A DNA stretch of 64,000 nucleotides from Bigelowiella natans CCMP2755 (GCA_000320545.1 ADNK01000060.1:1-64000), one strand, 5' to 3'; positions 41,151-56,081 are shown, counted from the first letter of the stretch. Notes: generated by a model not told the origin, from the sequence alone. Translations and numbers: made by a program.

Positions 41151-44100
41151 ATGGCCAATGAGGAGTCTGCTTCCACGGCGGAGGAAGCCCTCGCCAACTC
41201 GACGGGAGCGAAACCTGAAACTAAGGTAGACAAAAAGGAAACCGAAGTTGGAACCACAGAAAACAAAAAATCTGATTCTCCCGGTGAGTCTGAAGGCAAT
41301 CCTGTAGCAACAAAAAATGAGGCTAAGACCAAACAAGAAGGAGAAGCAGTTCGGCAACAGGAGGAAGAAGTAACTGCCGCAGATCCGGCGCTAGTACAGT
41401 GGATTAAAGATAACACTAATATCAAAAGCGAGTGGCAGGATGAAAACGTGGAAGTCGTAGAGAAATTTCTAGTCAAGCCCGAGTGCCGCAAGCTTGTTGC
41501 ATTTATGAATGAAGATGGAAAGCTAGAGGTGCAGCTTGACACTTTTCCTTCACTAGGGGAAACTAAGAAAATACAGTTTTTCCTTAAAGCGTTTCCAGAA
41601 ATGGAGTTGAACGTTGATAGTATAGGCGACTGCATATTCCATGGAATTTTGAGTGGAGATGAGACGATGGACAGCTTAGTAAGAATTATGCAAAGTTTAT
41701 ACATACCAACCTTCCTTGGAAATAAGACCTGGCCGGAGAGCGTGCGCAAAGAATTTTCCGGGCAGCTACACCGATTTATGGCAACCCTAGTTGATGCAAC
41801 AAATCAAAAGAAGGGGAAAACAATTTTGTATCTCCCTGAGGAGGACCTCTCTGATGCTACCATTGCTTCAAAAAATAAGGTCTTCAATAAACCACCGAAA
41901 ATATTCTTACACACCCTTGTGCTGTTCATATCAAGTGTAATAATATTCCCACGTATGGCTCCACCACCATCTTACACTTGTGTGAAATTTTTGATATTTA
42001 ATAAGGATTTGGTGCAACGACTCGAATCCACACTTTTGCATTGGACAAAGCAAATTAAGGAAGTTGTGAGCGGATCTGAGAACACTCAGCAACTTGAGGC
42101 TTCTGGGCCGATCGAAGAGATCGAATTGTGGGGTAGACGTGATAAAGATCTGTCTGGCATAAAAAGGCAGCTTGAGCAACCCAGACTCAAAGAAATTATC
42201 AATGTCCTACAACTTGCTAAGTCTTCTTATGTGACTAATTTCCAGAGTTTGGCGTCGATGATCCATGAAGGTTCAAGTGAGGCTATATCAAACTTGAAGT
42301 TTCTCAGTCCTCTTAAAGCTCCATGCGAAAAAATGGCTAAATCAACCCCAGACAATATCCCAGATATTTTACCGAAAATTCTTAACATCATCCGCATGAT
42401 CACGACCCTCTCGCCGCACTACTCATCGCAGGTCGTACTCCCATGCTATTTTTCTTACATTCTTTGACACATTTACCAATTCATATTATTAATATCAGGA
42501 AAAAATTACCAATCTCTTACTGCGCGTAAGCCACCAGATCATCGTGCAATGCAAAGCCAATATAAACCTTGAGGACCTATTCGGTAAAGACGTTACGGGC
42601 TGCATTGCAGCTTTGTCGCTCAATATTCATTGTTGCGGCGAATGGCGCAAGATATACGATGAGACTGTAGAATTGATCTCAAGGTCTAATGATACAAGAA
42701 AGTGGGACTCGTTCGATCATGGAACAATATTCGCTCAAATAGAAGCGTTTAAGAAGCGATGCTTCGACCTAACGGAAGTGTGCGAGGGTCAATTGCAATT
42801 CTCCAGAAAATATATTAAAGTAAAGCCTGGTGAGCGCGCGCCAATACCGGTATTTGGTGGTTCCAGTGGGAGAGCAATTGGTAAGAGCCTCTTTGAGATC
42901 GAAGATGCGTTCGAGAAACAACTCAATAAAATGAGAAACCTCGATTACGATATCTTAAACGTTAAGTCAACGGATTGGCATGACGATTTCAACGCGTTCA
43001 AAGACGGCATGAGCGACTTAGAAGTAATGCTTACAAACGTGATATCGTCCGCCTGGGAAGGAATCTCAACAGTCAAGAGTGGCGTGGAGCTTCTAGACGC
43101 CTTCTTCCAAATCGCGCGCAGGAACACCATGAAACCACGTCTTGCTGCGCGCGTCTCTGCAGTCTACACCATGTTTGCAGCGGAGGTTTGTGGCGAAATC
43201 CGAATTAGCATTAGATCCCACCCATATATTGCATCACAGTACATGTTTCTATTGTGTTAGGTGAAACGTGTCAAGAATTGTTTTGAGAGCGATAAACGCC
43301 CAGATGCGATGCATTCAAGCTCTTGCGCCCCCATCCGTCGCAATTCACGCATGTGCGGAAGCGCAATGTGGGCTCGAGGACTCCTTGAGCGTGTCAGAGA
43401 GGACATGGAGATTTTACAAGAGGCGACCTGGCTACCCCATGTTGTTGAAGCATCTGAGGTGATTACCTACAGCATTTGTTTTTTTTTGCTTTATCACTTT
43501 TCAATCAGTATTTTTAATCAATATTTTGAAAGAGAGAATAAAAAATTTAGTTCCTAAAAGATCATCAAGCCCCTTCCTCTTAAAATTTACCCATCATGAG
43601 CTCTTTTGTCATCGTTAAATATTCTGTTCTCTGAGATATTCACTGAGACTCATTATTACTGGAACCGTAGGCGGTGAAGAAGTTTAAGTCTCTCGAATCG
43701 CTGCTTGTCACGTACGTGAGCAGTGGCTGCTTTGACAAGTGGGAGCAGCAGATCCGCGATGAAGAGAAAGCTATGCCATCTAAAGAGAGACTGAAGCAAT
43801 ATTTGCTATCCCGGTCCTCGAGCCTGTCAACTGAATCTGTTCTTGGCGAAAGCCATCTGCTTGTGAGAAATCCTGAAGGCAGACTAGAATGCCAATTCGA
43901 CAAGCGCATCATAGAGGTGCACAATGACGTGTACTATTGGAATATCTTCAACGAGGTCTTCACGCAGGATGCGGTTAGCATCCCTCACCAGGCCCGTCAG
44001 ATCCAGATTTTGCAGGAACGACTTCGAGTGATCCGTGACCAGGTGATGCAAGTCGTTAGAGAGTACAACAAGACTAAGGAGTATCTAACTGACGACGAGG

Positions 44101-47100
44101 AGAGGCTCTTTGAATACCACCTTGGTAAACTCGATCGTTATGTCTCCATCGGTATTAACCGCCTGACTTGGGCAAAGAAGGATTACATCAAAAAATTTGT
44201 TGGAGATTCGACCGATATGTGTCAGAACCTGTTCGATACAGTCTCCATCTTCAAGGAGAATAATGAGAGCATCGATCGCATCTGTGCCCAAATCTCCAAG
44301 AGTGAGTTGATCAAACTCATTCCTAATAAGGTGTACTTCGACGAGGAGTTTAATCAGATTCAGCGCCATCACCACGTAGTCTTACAGAACCGTTTCCACA
44401 AGTGGCATGCAAAGATTAAGGAGACTTTAGAAGGTTCATACAAGTTCTTCGAGAATGTGCCGCTCCCTTCCGTGAAGAAGGAATGGGCGAAGTACATTCG
44501 TAAGATCGATAAGAAGCTGCTCGGGTCGTTCAAGAAGGCGGTTCGTAATAGCCTTACCAGACTCTCCCATCTTGTTAAAGTAAAGGAAAAGGCCGCGTCT
44601 GACAGGGAGATCCAACCTCTGTTCAAGATCTCAGTTCGCCTTGACCGAAAGGACATCGCATTTGAGCCATCGATGAACAGTCTGAAGAAGACCGTGAGGA
44701 GAGTGCAGAAAGAAGCAATAAAGTGCCTCGAGGTGTTCCCGAAGATGATGGAGTCGCTCGACTCAACCAAAGCCGTACGTTTAGCGGGCGTGCAATGGGG
44801 CGACGTTGAGTCGAAGGAAGGAGGCGAAGAGGGATCAGCTGAAGGAGGAGAAGAGAAGAAAGAGGAGGCGGATGAAAAATCAGATAAGAAGCCAACAACT
44901 TTCCATCAGGAGATTGTGAGCCATCCAAGCACCAAGGAGATGCTCAAACGCACCGATCTAGGAATGCTAGAGACTCACGAGAAGATGGACGCACATGTGC
45001 AGAAGGAGTACAAACCCCACAGCAAAATCTGGAACACGGACAAGAAGAAGTACGTGCGCAGTTGGGGCTCGACGAGACCTGGTCTCAAGGACTTCGTGCA
45101 GAATATCAAGATCTACGAGAACAAGAGCTCACAGTTTCAGCACTGGGACAATATAATTCATGTTGGTTTTGTACGCCTTGACATTAACGCAGTGAAGGCG
45201 TCGCTGATACAACAATGTGGTAATTGGAAGAAGGAGTTTATCACGCTCCTACATAACGTTGCAAGTACCGAGTTGATGAACTTACAGGACTACTTCCAGC
45301 ATAACTCTAGAGTGCTCAGGGAGCATCCAGAGAACCTAGTCGAGCTCAAAGATATGAATGATTTGCTTGCAAAAGTTAACAGTAATAAGGAGGCAACGCA
45401 TCAGCGCTTCGAGCCACTGGAGTCTCAGTATCGTGCGATGGAGAAATTTGGTAAACACGTGTCAGATGATGAGAAGGAGATGCTCGAGAGCCTGCGCTCC
45501 AACTGGACCGTCTTTACTGAAATGCTTGCTGCAACCGAAGAGCGCATGAAGCGTGTTAAGCAGAACTTCAAAAAGCAGCTCGAGGAGAGCCAGCAAAATT
45601 ATTCGCGTGACATTGCACAAATGCGCAAGAACTTTGTCCAGTTTGCGCCATACAAATCTGATGTTGAAGCGGGACAAAAACCCGACGTCGCAAAGGCTAT
45701 GCAGTTTCTTGAAAGAGAGAAAAAGGTATTGACGGACATGGCTGCACGGGAGAAGTCGATGCAGGCTGGCATGCAACTATTCAAGCTAGACCGAATCGAC
45801 TACCCAGAGATCAAGAACAATGAGAAGGAAATCAGGCTTCTGGAGAAACTATGGAGTTTGTACGAGAATTGGTTTCGGCATTACGACAGCTGGAAAGGTC
45901 TTGAATTTACCCAACTGGATCCAGAACAACTTGATCAATTCTCTCGATTGAACCTGAATAAGCTCAAGAAGCTGTTCCAGCAGAATAAGCGTGTGCAGGG
46001 CTGGCAAGCTTGGTTCACTCTTGACGAGACTATCAAACAGTTTAAAAAGACCATGGGGCCGATCAACAATCTTAGAAACCCTGCAATAAGACAACGGCAC
46101 TGGGACACCCTAAAGAAGGAGATTGGCAAATCTGACTTCGATCCTTATAGGTGGGTGTGTATGTGTGGTGATGGTGGTGGTTTCCAGAGAATGAATATCA
46201 ACAGAAATAGTACGTAGAGTAGTATTTCTAAAGTGTAAGAGGGAGAATAATGTGCTCTTAGTTGCCAGTCAATGATGTCGTGTGATTGCTACGATTCTGA
46301 TTGCATTCCTAGAAACCTGATCCATATATTCTTTTTATTCTACTACCATACAGTAAAGAGTTCACTCTCGGGACAGTGATCACGCTCGGTTTGCATAAGA
46401 TCGAGGCCGAAGTCGCTAATTTAGCGTTGATTGCGATGAAGGAATTGGCGATGGAGGGAGCTCTTGGAGACATTGAAGGAGCTTGGGGCGAAACTGAACT
46501 TGAGATCATCGTGTAAGATAAATGAAATAACATAAAAATAAAGAGTCTTGACATCTGACATACAATCTCAATAATTTTTCTTTCGTTTTGGTTCACACAT
46601 CCTTTGTCTGCTATGTAGGTATAAAGCGGATTATTTCAAAATTATCGGTGTTGAAAATCTCAATGAAACACTCGAGAATCATCAATTACAGCTCTCGACA
46701 ATGAAAAACTCTCCCTACTACGCCACCTTTGCCACTTCAATAAACTTTTGGATGAAAACTCTCAACGACATCGTCGAATGTATGGACGCTGCATTGCTCG
46801 TTCAGCAGCAATGGATGTACCTCGAGAGTATTTTCAAAGGCTCAGATCATATTCGTAAACAGTTGCCTGAGGAAACCAAGTTGTTCGAAGGAGTGCATAG
46901 AGGCTGGCTTGACGTCATGGGTACAGCGAATCAGATCAAGAATGTGCAAAAGGTCTTCACACAACCTGGGCTAGTGAAAAGACTTGCGGCGTTCAATGCA
47001 GACCTCGAGAAGATCCAGAAGAATCTCGCACAATTTCTTGCCGGTAAAAGAAAGGCTTTCCCAAGGTTCTACTTTCTTTCAGATCAGGACTTGTTGGAAA

Positions 47101-50100
47101 TCTTGGCCAATGCAAAAGACCCCTTGGCCGTTCAGCCTCACATCAACAAACTCTTCGTCGGTATTCAGAAAATGGTTCTCAAAGAGAATAAGTTCAACGC
47201 CAAGAAATGGGATGCTGTGGGTATGACGTCCAAGGATAAGGAAGAAGTTGCATTTAATAGTCCATATCTCATCGATGGAGAGGTTGAGAACTGGCTCAAG
47301 GGCATCGAGGCCTGCCAGTGTGACACGCTTAGACGCCAGACTAAGCTTGCCATGCACAAACTCCACAAGAACAAGAAGAACGCGCACAATCCTAGTGTGC
47401 TCAACTCATGGATCGATGGATTTCCGGGACAGATGCTCATCACCACAGGCCAAATTCACTGGTCAATACGCTGCGAGGAATCTCTCGGTGCTGTTAAGGT
47501 AAGAAAGGAGATGCGAAACCTAAAGAAGGATTGGCAGGAATATATGTTCTTCCTCGCCAAACAGATGACGGGGAAGATGAGCAAGACAAAGCGCAAAAAG
47601 ATGTCAGCTCTCATCACCATCGAAGTCCATGCACGAGAGGTTATCTCAAAGCTGAAACAGCTTGCGAAGCAGGGAGCAGACGCCAACTCCTTCGACTGGA
47701 AGAAGCAACTTCGATTCTACTTTGATAGCTCTAACAAGGAGCACGAGGACGGTCAAGTCACTATTCAGCAAACTAACACACGGTTCAACTACTCATATGA
47801 ATACCAAGGTAACCCCTTCCGCCTGGTTATCACACCGCTCACAGATCGTTGCTACATGACACTTACTACCGCATTGAGTTTGGCACGAGGTGGTTCTCCG
47901 ATGGGCCCTGCTGGTACAGGGAAAACCGAAACAGTTAAAGACCTGGCAAAGAACATGGCCATCAACATCTACGTTTTCAACTGTTCAGATGAAATGTCAG
48001 TCGATGGATTGGCGCGTATCTATAAGGGACTCGCTCAGAGCGGTTCATGGGGCTGCTTCGATGAGTTCAACCGTATCTTGATTGAGGTTTTGTCCGTCAT
48101 TGCCATGCAGATACAAGCGATTCTTAATGCAATCCGTGACGAGTCTGAAACTTTTATGCTCCATGGAGAGATCATTCCTCTCGTCCCTACTGTCGGCATT
48201 TTCATTACTATGAACCCTGGCTACGCCGGCCGTACTGAACTTCCTGAAAACCTTAAGGCGCTTTTCCGTCCTGTTGCTATGATGGTTCCAGACACAAGGC
48301 TTATCGCCGAGGTGATGATGCTTTCTCAGGGCTTTAAGGATGCGCATGACCTGTCAGTAAAGATGGACACAATTTATGAACTGATGAAGATGCAGCTGTC
48401 CAAACAATCTCACTATGACTACGGTTTGCGTGCTATCAATGCCGTGATCAAGTGCGCTCTGATGATCCGTGCTCGTGACCCAACGATGACCGAGCGCCTC
48501 ATCGCCTACACTGCAATCCGTAATATGAATCTCTCTAAAATGGTTTCGCAAGATAAGACTCTATTCGAAAACCTTCTCAATGATGCCTTTCCTGGTACTG
48601 AGCCTCCCAAAGAAGACCTTGGAGCTCTTACAAAGGAAATTAGGAACCAGCTGAAGATTGCTAATCTCGACCCTTCTCCCGTTCTCATTCAAAAGGTCAT
48701 CGAGACCTACATGGCGTTCAACACTCGACACGGCAATATGCTTGTTGGAAACACGATGGGGGCTAAAACAACTGCATGGAAAATTCTCAAAGCCGCTCAG
48801 GACGCACTGTGGGAGAAAAAGATAGAAACTGACAAGTACCAAGCAGTCGATGTGTACTTGCTAAATCCGAAGAGTATAACCAACCCAGAGATGTATGGCA
48901 ATTACGATCTACAAACTAGAGAATGGACGGATGGTATCTTGTCCGTGAACATGCGTGAGGCGTGCACCAGCACTACCCCTAACCAGAAATGGATGTTGAT
49001 GGATGGTCCCGTCGATACACTCTGGATTGAGTCGATGAACACCGTGCTTGACGACAACAAGGTGCTCACCCTGGTCAACGGAGACCGTATCGCCCTGCCG
49101 CTGCAAGTGCGAATGGTGTTTGAGGTAGAGAATCTGGACGTAGCTTCCCCTGCCACCGTGTCACGTGCGGGGATGGTGTACCTTCCAGACAAGGACCTCG
49201 GCTGGATGCCATATGTGCGCTCTTGGATCAAATTCGGCTGCAAGCCTATCGGTATCTTTAAGGCTGACGAGAAGCTGAGAGTGCAAGAAGGAATCGAAAT
49301 TAAGGTAGTGGAACGTCCAGCAGCTGAACAGGAACTTCTCCAAGGCTTGGTAGAAAAGTACATGGACGAATGTCTCGAATACAAACGCCTTAATTGTAAA
49401 GAGGAGGTAACAGTAGGTGCATTCCCAGCCGTGAAGAGCTTCTGCAAGTTGTTCGACTCTCTCGCGACGAAGGAAAATGGCTGTGACATTGAACAGAAGA
49501 CGGGCCCCAAGATGTTCCAGATGTGGTTTATGTACTGCATTTGCTGGAGCATTGGCGGTGCACTTAGTGAGGCTGGCCGTGAAACATTCGATAAATTCTT
49601 CCGAGAAATCGCCGAGCCATCGTATCCCTCTATGGCGGGGAGCACGGTGTTTGAGTACTTCGTTGACGTGAAGAAACAGGATTGGTCGCTATGGCGCACA
49701 CAGGTAGATAAAACCTGGAAACCAAAGCCTGGGACGAGCTTCTTCAACATCTATGTGCCCACCCTCGATACTGTGCGATACAAGTTTCTCGTAAATACAA
49801 TGCTTAAGGATAGGCACTACCCTCTACTCGTTGGAAACACGGGTACTGGTAAGACATGTTGTGCGGTGAACTGCCTCGGAGAGGGGAGCATCCTTCCCGA
49901 AGAGAAGGTGGTCACACTTACACTCAACTTCTCAGCTGCGACCTCGTCCATCGCAACGCAAACTACGCTCGAAACCAGACTTGAGAAGCGCCAGCGAGCT
50001 AACTTGGGCCCTGTCGGATCTAGGGAGCGGCTTCTTGTGTTCATTGACGATCTTAACATGCCGCGCAAGGATGAATATGGGTCCCAACCTCCAATTGAGT

Positions 50101-53100
50101 TGCTAAAGCAGTGGATGGATAATAAGTTCTGGTACGACCGAAAGAAGCAGGCCAAGAAAAACATCTTGGGCATGCAGATAATGGCTGCGATGGGTCCTCC
50201 GGGAGGTGCACGGTCAGTGATATCGACACGCTTCCAATCACGTATGCATGTTATTAACTTCACGTTCCCTGACTGGGGTACTGTCGAGTACATTTTCAAG
50301 ACAATGCTTTCTAACCACCTCTCAAGCTTTCCCAAGGAGATCGCTTCAATGGCCGAGTCAGTTACCCAAGGAAGCTGTGAACTTTTTCAGCTCATGGCGG
50401 ATAACTTCAAACCGACTCCTTCAAAGTGCCACTACGTCTTCAATCTTCGTGATATTGCTAAGGTCACTCAAGGCATCATGCAAATCTCAAAGTCCGAGTT
50501 GGAAACAACCAACTCAATGGTTGGCCTCTGGGTCCACGAAAGCATGCGCATATTCCATGACAGGCTTAACGATGACCCTGACCGCAAGAAGTTCCTTCAG
50601 ATGTTGGGTCAAAAATTAGAGACGAAATTTGATACAAATTGGGAGACTGTCTTTGGCGATGAGAATGTTATGCCTGTGTTTGGCCGCTTTTTGGGCGATC
50701 CTGATTATGGGGATGTAAAGGGTGGCGATGATGATGACGACGCCGATCAAAACATTTTCTCTATTCAAAAATATCAAAACTTGACCAGGGATATGAAGGG
50801 GCTGAAGGATAAACTCTTAGAGCGGCTCGAGGCTTGCAACGACGACCCAACAGCTGCTAAGCCGGGAAACTTGGTGCTATTCGACCAAGCAATCCGCCAT
50901 ATTAGCCGCATCTGCCGTGTCATCGCTCAGCCACGAGGATGTGCGCTGCTTGTGGGTGTCGGTGGTAGCGGAAGGCAGTCCCTCTCCAAGCTATCTTCCT
51001 ATGTCTGTGAGTTCAAAATCTTCCAAATCGAGACGACACAACGCTACCGGCAGCAGGACTTCTATGAAGACCTCAAGTCATTGTACACAATGACTGGAGT
51101 CCAAAAAAAGCCGACAGCGTTTCTCTTCTCTGATACCCAGCTAATCGAGGAGAGCTTCCTAGAAGATATCAACAATATTCTAAACTCCGGTGAGGTTCCA
51201 GGGCTCTTTCCACCGGATGAGCTGGCGCCTGTGCTCGAGGATATTCGAAAGGATGCTGAGAAGGAAGGGCGCAAAACCACGCAAGAGTCCCTTTACTCTT
51301 ATTTTATCGAGCGTGTCCGACAAAACCTGCATGTGTTATTGTGCCTGTCGCCTGTAGGCGCTGCGTTTAGAAATCGATGCAGAATGTACCCTGCATTAAT
51401 AAACTGCTGCACTATCAACTGGTTCCCACCATGGCCAGAGGAGGCCCTTACACAGGTCGCTCGCCAATATATGAACGATCCTGTTCTCAGTGAACTAAAA
51501 CTTGACCAGAAGATTATTGACGTGCTGCCAAACGTCTTCTGTCAGCTCCACACCAGCGCAGCAGACCTCTCAACGAAAATGATGAACGAGATGAAGCGCG
51601 CCAACTACATCACACCTACCAAGTATCTTGACCTTGTGCAGACGTATAAGAAGCTCATTGCAGAAAAGACCACAGATATAGGTTCTTTAAAACAAAAGCT
51701 GGAAAACGGTTTAGGTAAATTAGAGGCTACTGCAAAGCAGGTTGCCGCCCTAGAGGTCACTCTGAAGGAGCAGGGAGTCATCGTGGACCGCGAGAAGGAA
51801 AAGTGTGATAAACTTAATGTACAAATTAAGAAGCAAGAGCAAGAGGCTTCAGCACAAAAGGCTAAGGTCCAAGAAGAATCGCTCAAGAGTAAAGACGATG
51901 TCGACAGGTGCGCTAAGTTGGAAGCTCGTGCGACGGTGGAGCTTGGTAAAGCAATGCCAGCTCTCGAAGCCGCGCAAGCTGCTTTAGACAAATTAGATAA
52001 GAAAGCGATTACGGAGGTTAAGTCTTACCCGAAGCCTCCTCCTATGGTGGAAAAGGTCATGAAGGGTGTCATGATCCTCCTGAAGAAAGACACTTCCTGG
52101 GCATCGTGTAAAAAGGAGATGAGCGCGGCCAACTTCCTCGAGAAGCTCAAGTCATACGACAAGGACAACATCTCTCCAAAGCTTTTATCTAAAATTAAGG
52201 CATTGAGGAAGGACGAAAACTTTACCCCGGTATTTGTAGGTAAGATTTCGCTTGCTGCAGGTGCGATGTGCGACTGGGTGTGCGCCATGGACTTGTACGC
52301 AGAGGTGTTCAAGAAGGTGAAACCTCTCAAGGAAAAGCTGGAGAGTGCACAGGAGGAGCTCAAGGTCAAACAAGCAGGATTGTTCAAGAAGCAAGAGGAG
52401 TTGCGCATAGTCGAAGAGAAAGTTGCCGAACTCCAACGCAACTTCCAGGCTGCCGAGAAGAAGAAAAACGACCTCCTCAACAAAAAGCAAGCTCTCGAAT
52501 TAAAGAAGACACGTGCGATGAAGTTGATCAGTGGTCTCTCTGGCGAAAAGGTCCGTTGGCAGTCCAGTATCAAGGAATATTCAAAGGATATTATTCATCT
52601 TCCTGGAGACTGCGCTCTCGCTGCTTCCTTCGTTATCTACGCTGGACCCTTCGATACCGTTTATAGAAGTCATTTGACCGAGCTCTGGCGAAAAGCACTC
52701 TCTCTCATGCCAGAGAATACATATTCTGAGCCGAAGGATTCGTTCATCTGCGATTTTTTGTCCGAGCCCACTACGGTGCGTGACTGGAATATCTGGGGTC
52801 TTCCTGTCGATGCGTTCTCAACAGAGAACGGTGTCATTGTGAAGAGAACTTGTCGGTGGCCTCTTATGATAGATCCGCAGGAACAAGCTAAGAAATGGAT
52901 TCTTAACATGGAGAAGAAAAACAAGCTTGCTGAGATCAAGGTTGGACAAAAGAACTTCATGCAACCGATAGAGACTGCTATTTCACTAGGACAGCCAGTG
53001 CTGCTTAAGGACATCGACGAATCAATCCCTTCATCGCTTGACCCTCTTCTGCGACGCACAGTTGATGACAAGACTCATACCATCTCTATAAATGACAAAG

Positions 53101-56081
53101 ATCTCACCTACAGCCCCACTTTTATGCTGTATATTACCACCAAGCTCTCAAATCCGCATTACTTACCGGAGACCTCGATCAAATCGACGCTTGTCAACTT
53201 CATGGTGAAACCAGAAGGATTGGAGGAACAGCTTCTGGGTATTGTTGTAAATAAGGAAAAGCCTGATCTCGAAGAGAAGAACACCCAGCTCGTTCTAGAT
53301 ATGGCTCAAAACAAGAAGACTCTCAAGGAACTTGAGGACAAGATTCTAGATCTCCTCAAGAAGGCCGATGCTGCCACGATCCTTGACGATGAGCATCTCA
53401 TCAACACTCTCGACACATCGAAGGTAACATCTGAGAAGGTCAAACACCAGATCAAGGTTGCAGAAGAAACTAGTAAAAAGATTAACGAAAGTCGTAACGA
53501 GTACCGCCCAGCCGCCATTCGCTCTTCCGTTCTCTACTTTGTATTAAATGACTTAGCGAGAATCGATCCGATGTATCAATTTTCTTTGCAATGGTACAAC
53601 GATTTATTCAAGATGAGTATTGACGACTCTAAGCAGCAGAAGAAGAAGGGTAAAGGGCGCGGAAAGAGCAAGCAAAGTGTCAGCAAACGTCTCCGCGAGC
53701 TTAATAACTATCACACAGAGTCGGTTTATAAGACAGTTTGCCAGTCACTTTTTGAGCGTCACAAGCTGCTCTACTCATTCCAAATTTGCACTTCAATATT
53801 GAAGGAGGAAGGGAAGATCATCCCCGAGGAGTTCACCTTCTTCCTTCGAGGAGGAGTCGTTCTTGACCGAAAGGCTCGTGGAGCGAATCCGTGCAACGAG
53901 TGGCTCTCTGAAGAGGCATGGGATAATATCAGTGAGCTTGATAAGCTAAATCAGGTCTTTGCTGGCTTTTCCTCTGCTTTTGAGCAGCAGAGCAGTGAAT
54001 GGCAGGAGTGGTATCAAAGCGATATGAAAGGTGGCGAGCCTCCCGAGAAACTTGATCTACCAGGCGAACTTCTTAGCCAGGGAAGCGATTATGAAAAGAA
54101 GTTCAGGAAAATGATGATAGTGCGCTGTTTGCGCCCTGACCGTGTAAATTATGCTGTAACAAACTATGTAAGTAGCATCATGGGCGAGCAGTACGTACAG
54201 CCACCTTCATTTGATCTCTCAGAGACTTTCAACGCTTCAAAAACGTTCATGCCAGTGATTTTTGTACTCTCACCTGGATCCGACCCAACCCAGATGCTTA
54301 ATGATCTTGCTCGTGAGCGCAAGATTAAGCTCGCTCAAGTGGCACTCGGGCAAGGACAAGCACCGATTGCAGAGAGGTTATTCACGGAGGGAGTCAGGGA
54401 TGGCAACTGGGTGCTGCTAGCAAACTGTCACTTGTCAATTAGATGGCTCCCAGTTTTAGAAAACATGGTCATGGCATTAAGAGAAAGGAAGGACGTTCAT
54501 CCTGGGTTCAGACTTTGGTTGTCGTCGGATCCAACGCCTAAGTTCCCTATTGCTTTGCTTCAATCCTCGATTAAAATCACCACCGAGCCACCTAGAGGTC
54601 TCCGGTCTATTATGCAGCGAATGTATAATTTTATCCCCGAGGACAAGTTCAATAAGATGGACTCCAAAAAACCGCAGTCTGATGCTCTCTGCAACAAGCC
54701 AATTGCATACAAAAGCTTGCTCTTCGCTTTAACATTCTTTCATGCAGTATTGGTGGAGCGAAAGAAGTTCTTGACTCTTGGCTGGAATATCCCCTACGCA
54801 TTCAACGACTCAGACTTTTTGGTGTGTGACAACCTGCTACGGTATTACCTCAACGAGCAGGACCAGATGCCACTAGAGGCTCTCAAATATCTCATCGCTC
54901 AAGCGCTCTATGGTGGACGTGTCACTGACGAGATTGACCGCAGATTACTTGGAGTCTACATTGAACAGTACTTCACGATGAGCACTATTTCTGTTAAGAA
55001 CTTCCACCTTTCGCAGGATCGAACACATTACCGCGTCCCTGTGCCGGCGAAGTATGATAGCTACATTAATTATATCAAAACCTTGCCTCCCCCAGGAGGA
55101 GATCCTCCAGAGGCATTCGGTCAGCATCCAAACGCTGATATTACTATGCAACAGGAAGGCGCAAAGCTGTTGCTTGACACGGTCATGTCATTGCAGCCGA
55201 GATCAAGCGGAGGTGAAGGCTCCTCGAGCGAGGACTTCGTCCTTAACTTGGCCAAGCAGCTAGAAGATCGCGTACCACCACTCTTCAACCTTGAGAAAGT
55301 TGAGAAAAAGTTTGCACATGACCAAAGCCCTCTTAAGACCGTACTGCTCCAAGAGATTGAGCGTTACAATGTAATCCTGGCACTCGTAGAAAAGTCTCTT
55401 AAGGACTTACAGATGGGAATTAAGGGTCTTATAGTTATCTCTGCGGACCTTGAGGTAGTATTCGATTGCCTCTTGCAGAATAAGGTGCCACCATCCTGGA
55501 AGAGCGGTTACTATTCATTGAAACCGTTAGCCTCCTGGATGACAGATCTCATTGAGCGTATCAAGCAGTTCGCTGTGTGGATCGCAAAGGGTGCGCCGAA
55601 GGTATTTTGGTTGTCTGGATTCACATTCCCAAATGGCTTCCTCACAGCACTCCTACAGACATCTGCAAGAGCAAATGGCGTGCCAATCGACTCACTAGGT
55701 TGGGAGTTCTTAGTTTCTAAGGAGGAAGAAAAGGCCATTCAGGTTCCTGCAAAGGATGGAGCGTACATTAAGGGTTTCTTCCTCGAAGGTGCACAGTGGG
55801 ATTTGGAGAATTGGCACCTCGAGGAGCCTATGCCGATGCAGCTTTATGCACAAATGCCAATAATAAACTTTAAGCCCATAGATCAGAAAAAGGTTAAGGA
55901 GAAAGGCTTTTACTCCTGTCCGTGCTACCGTTACCCCATTAGAACAGGGACGCGGGAAAATCCTTCGTATGTGTTGAACGTCAGGCTCAAGCTGCCTCCT
56001 GCAGCTCCTGGTTTCCTTAAGGGCACATCAGATTTTTGGATTAAGCGCGGTACAGCTCTTCTCCTCTCGTTGGCAACGTAA
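41151..56081 (+). CDS. DNAH2: Axonemal inner-arm dynein heavy chain, I1/f beta type (DNAH2-like), 7 exons
   Basis: DHC_N1 region DLVQRLESTLLHWTKQIKEVV / GPIEEIELW. AAA1 GPAGTGKT and GCFDEFNRI; AAA3 GNTGTGKT; AAA4 GVGGSGRQS; stalk coiled coil with MTBD; C terminus WIKRGTALLLSL. Exons ~41151-41879, 42007-42430, 42499-43185, 43261-43458, 43671-46150, ~46302-46512, 46619-56081. Dynein call certain; subtype from recalled motif similarity. Confidence 0.9.

Noticed and set aside
48902-52573. Long minus-strand ORFs (282, 172, 128, 182 aa) opposite the dynein exon
   Set aside because: Antisense shadows of a long, codon-biased coding exon, with no independent motifs.
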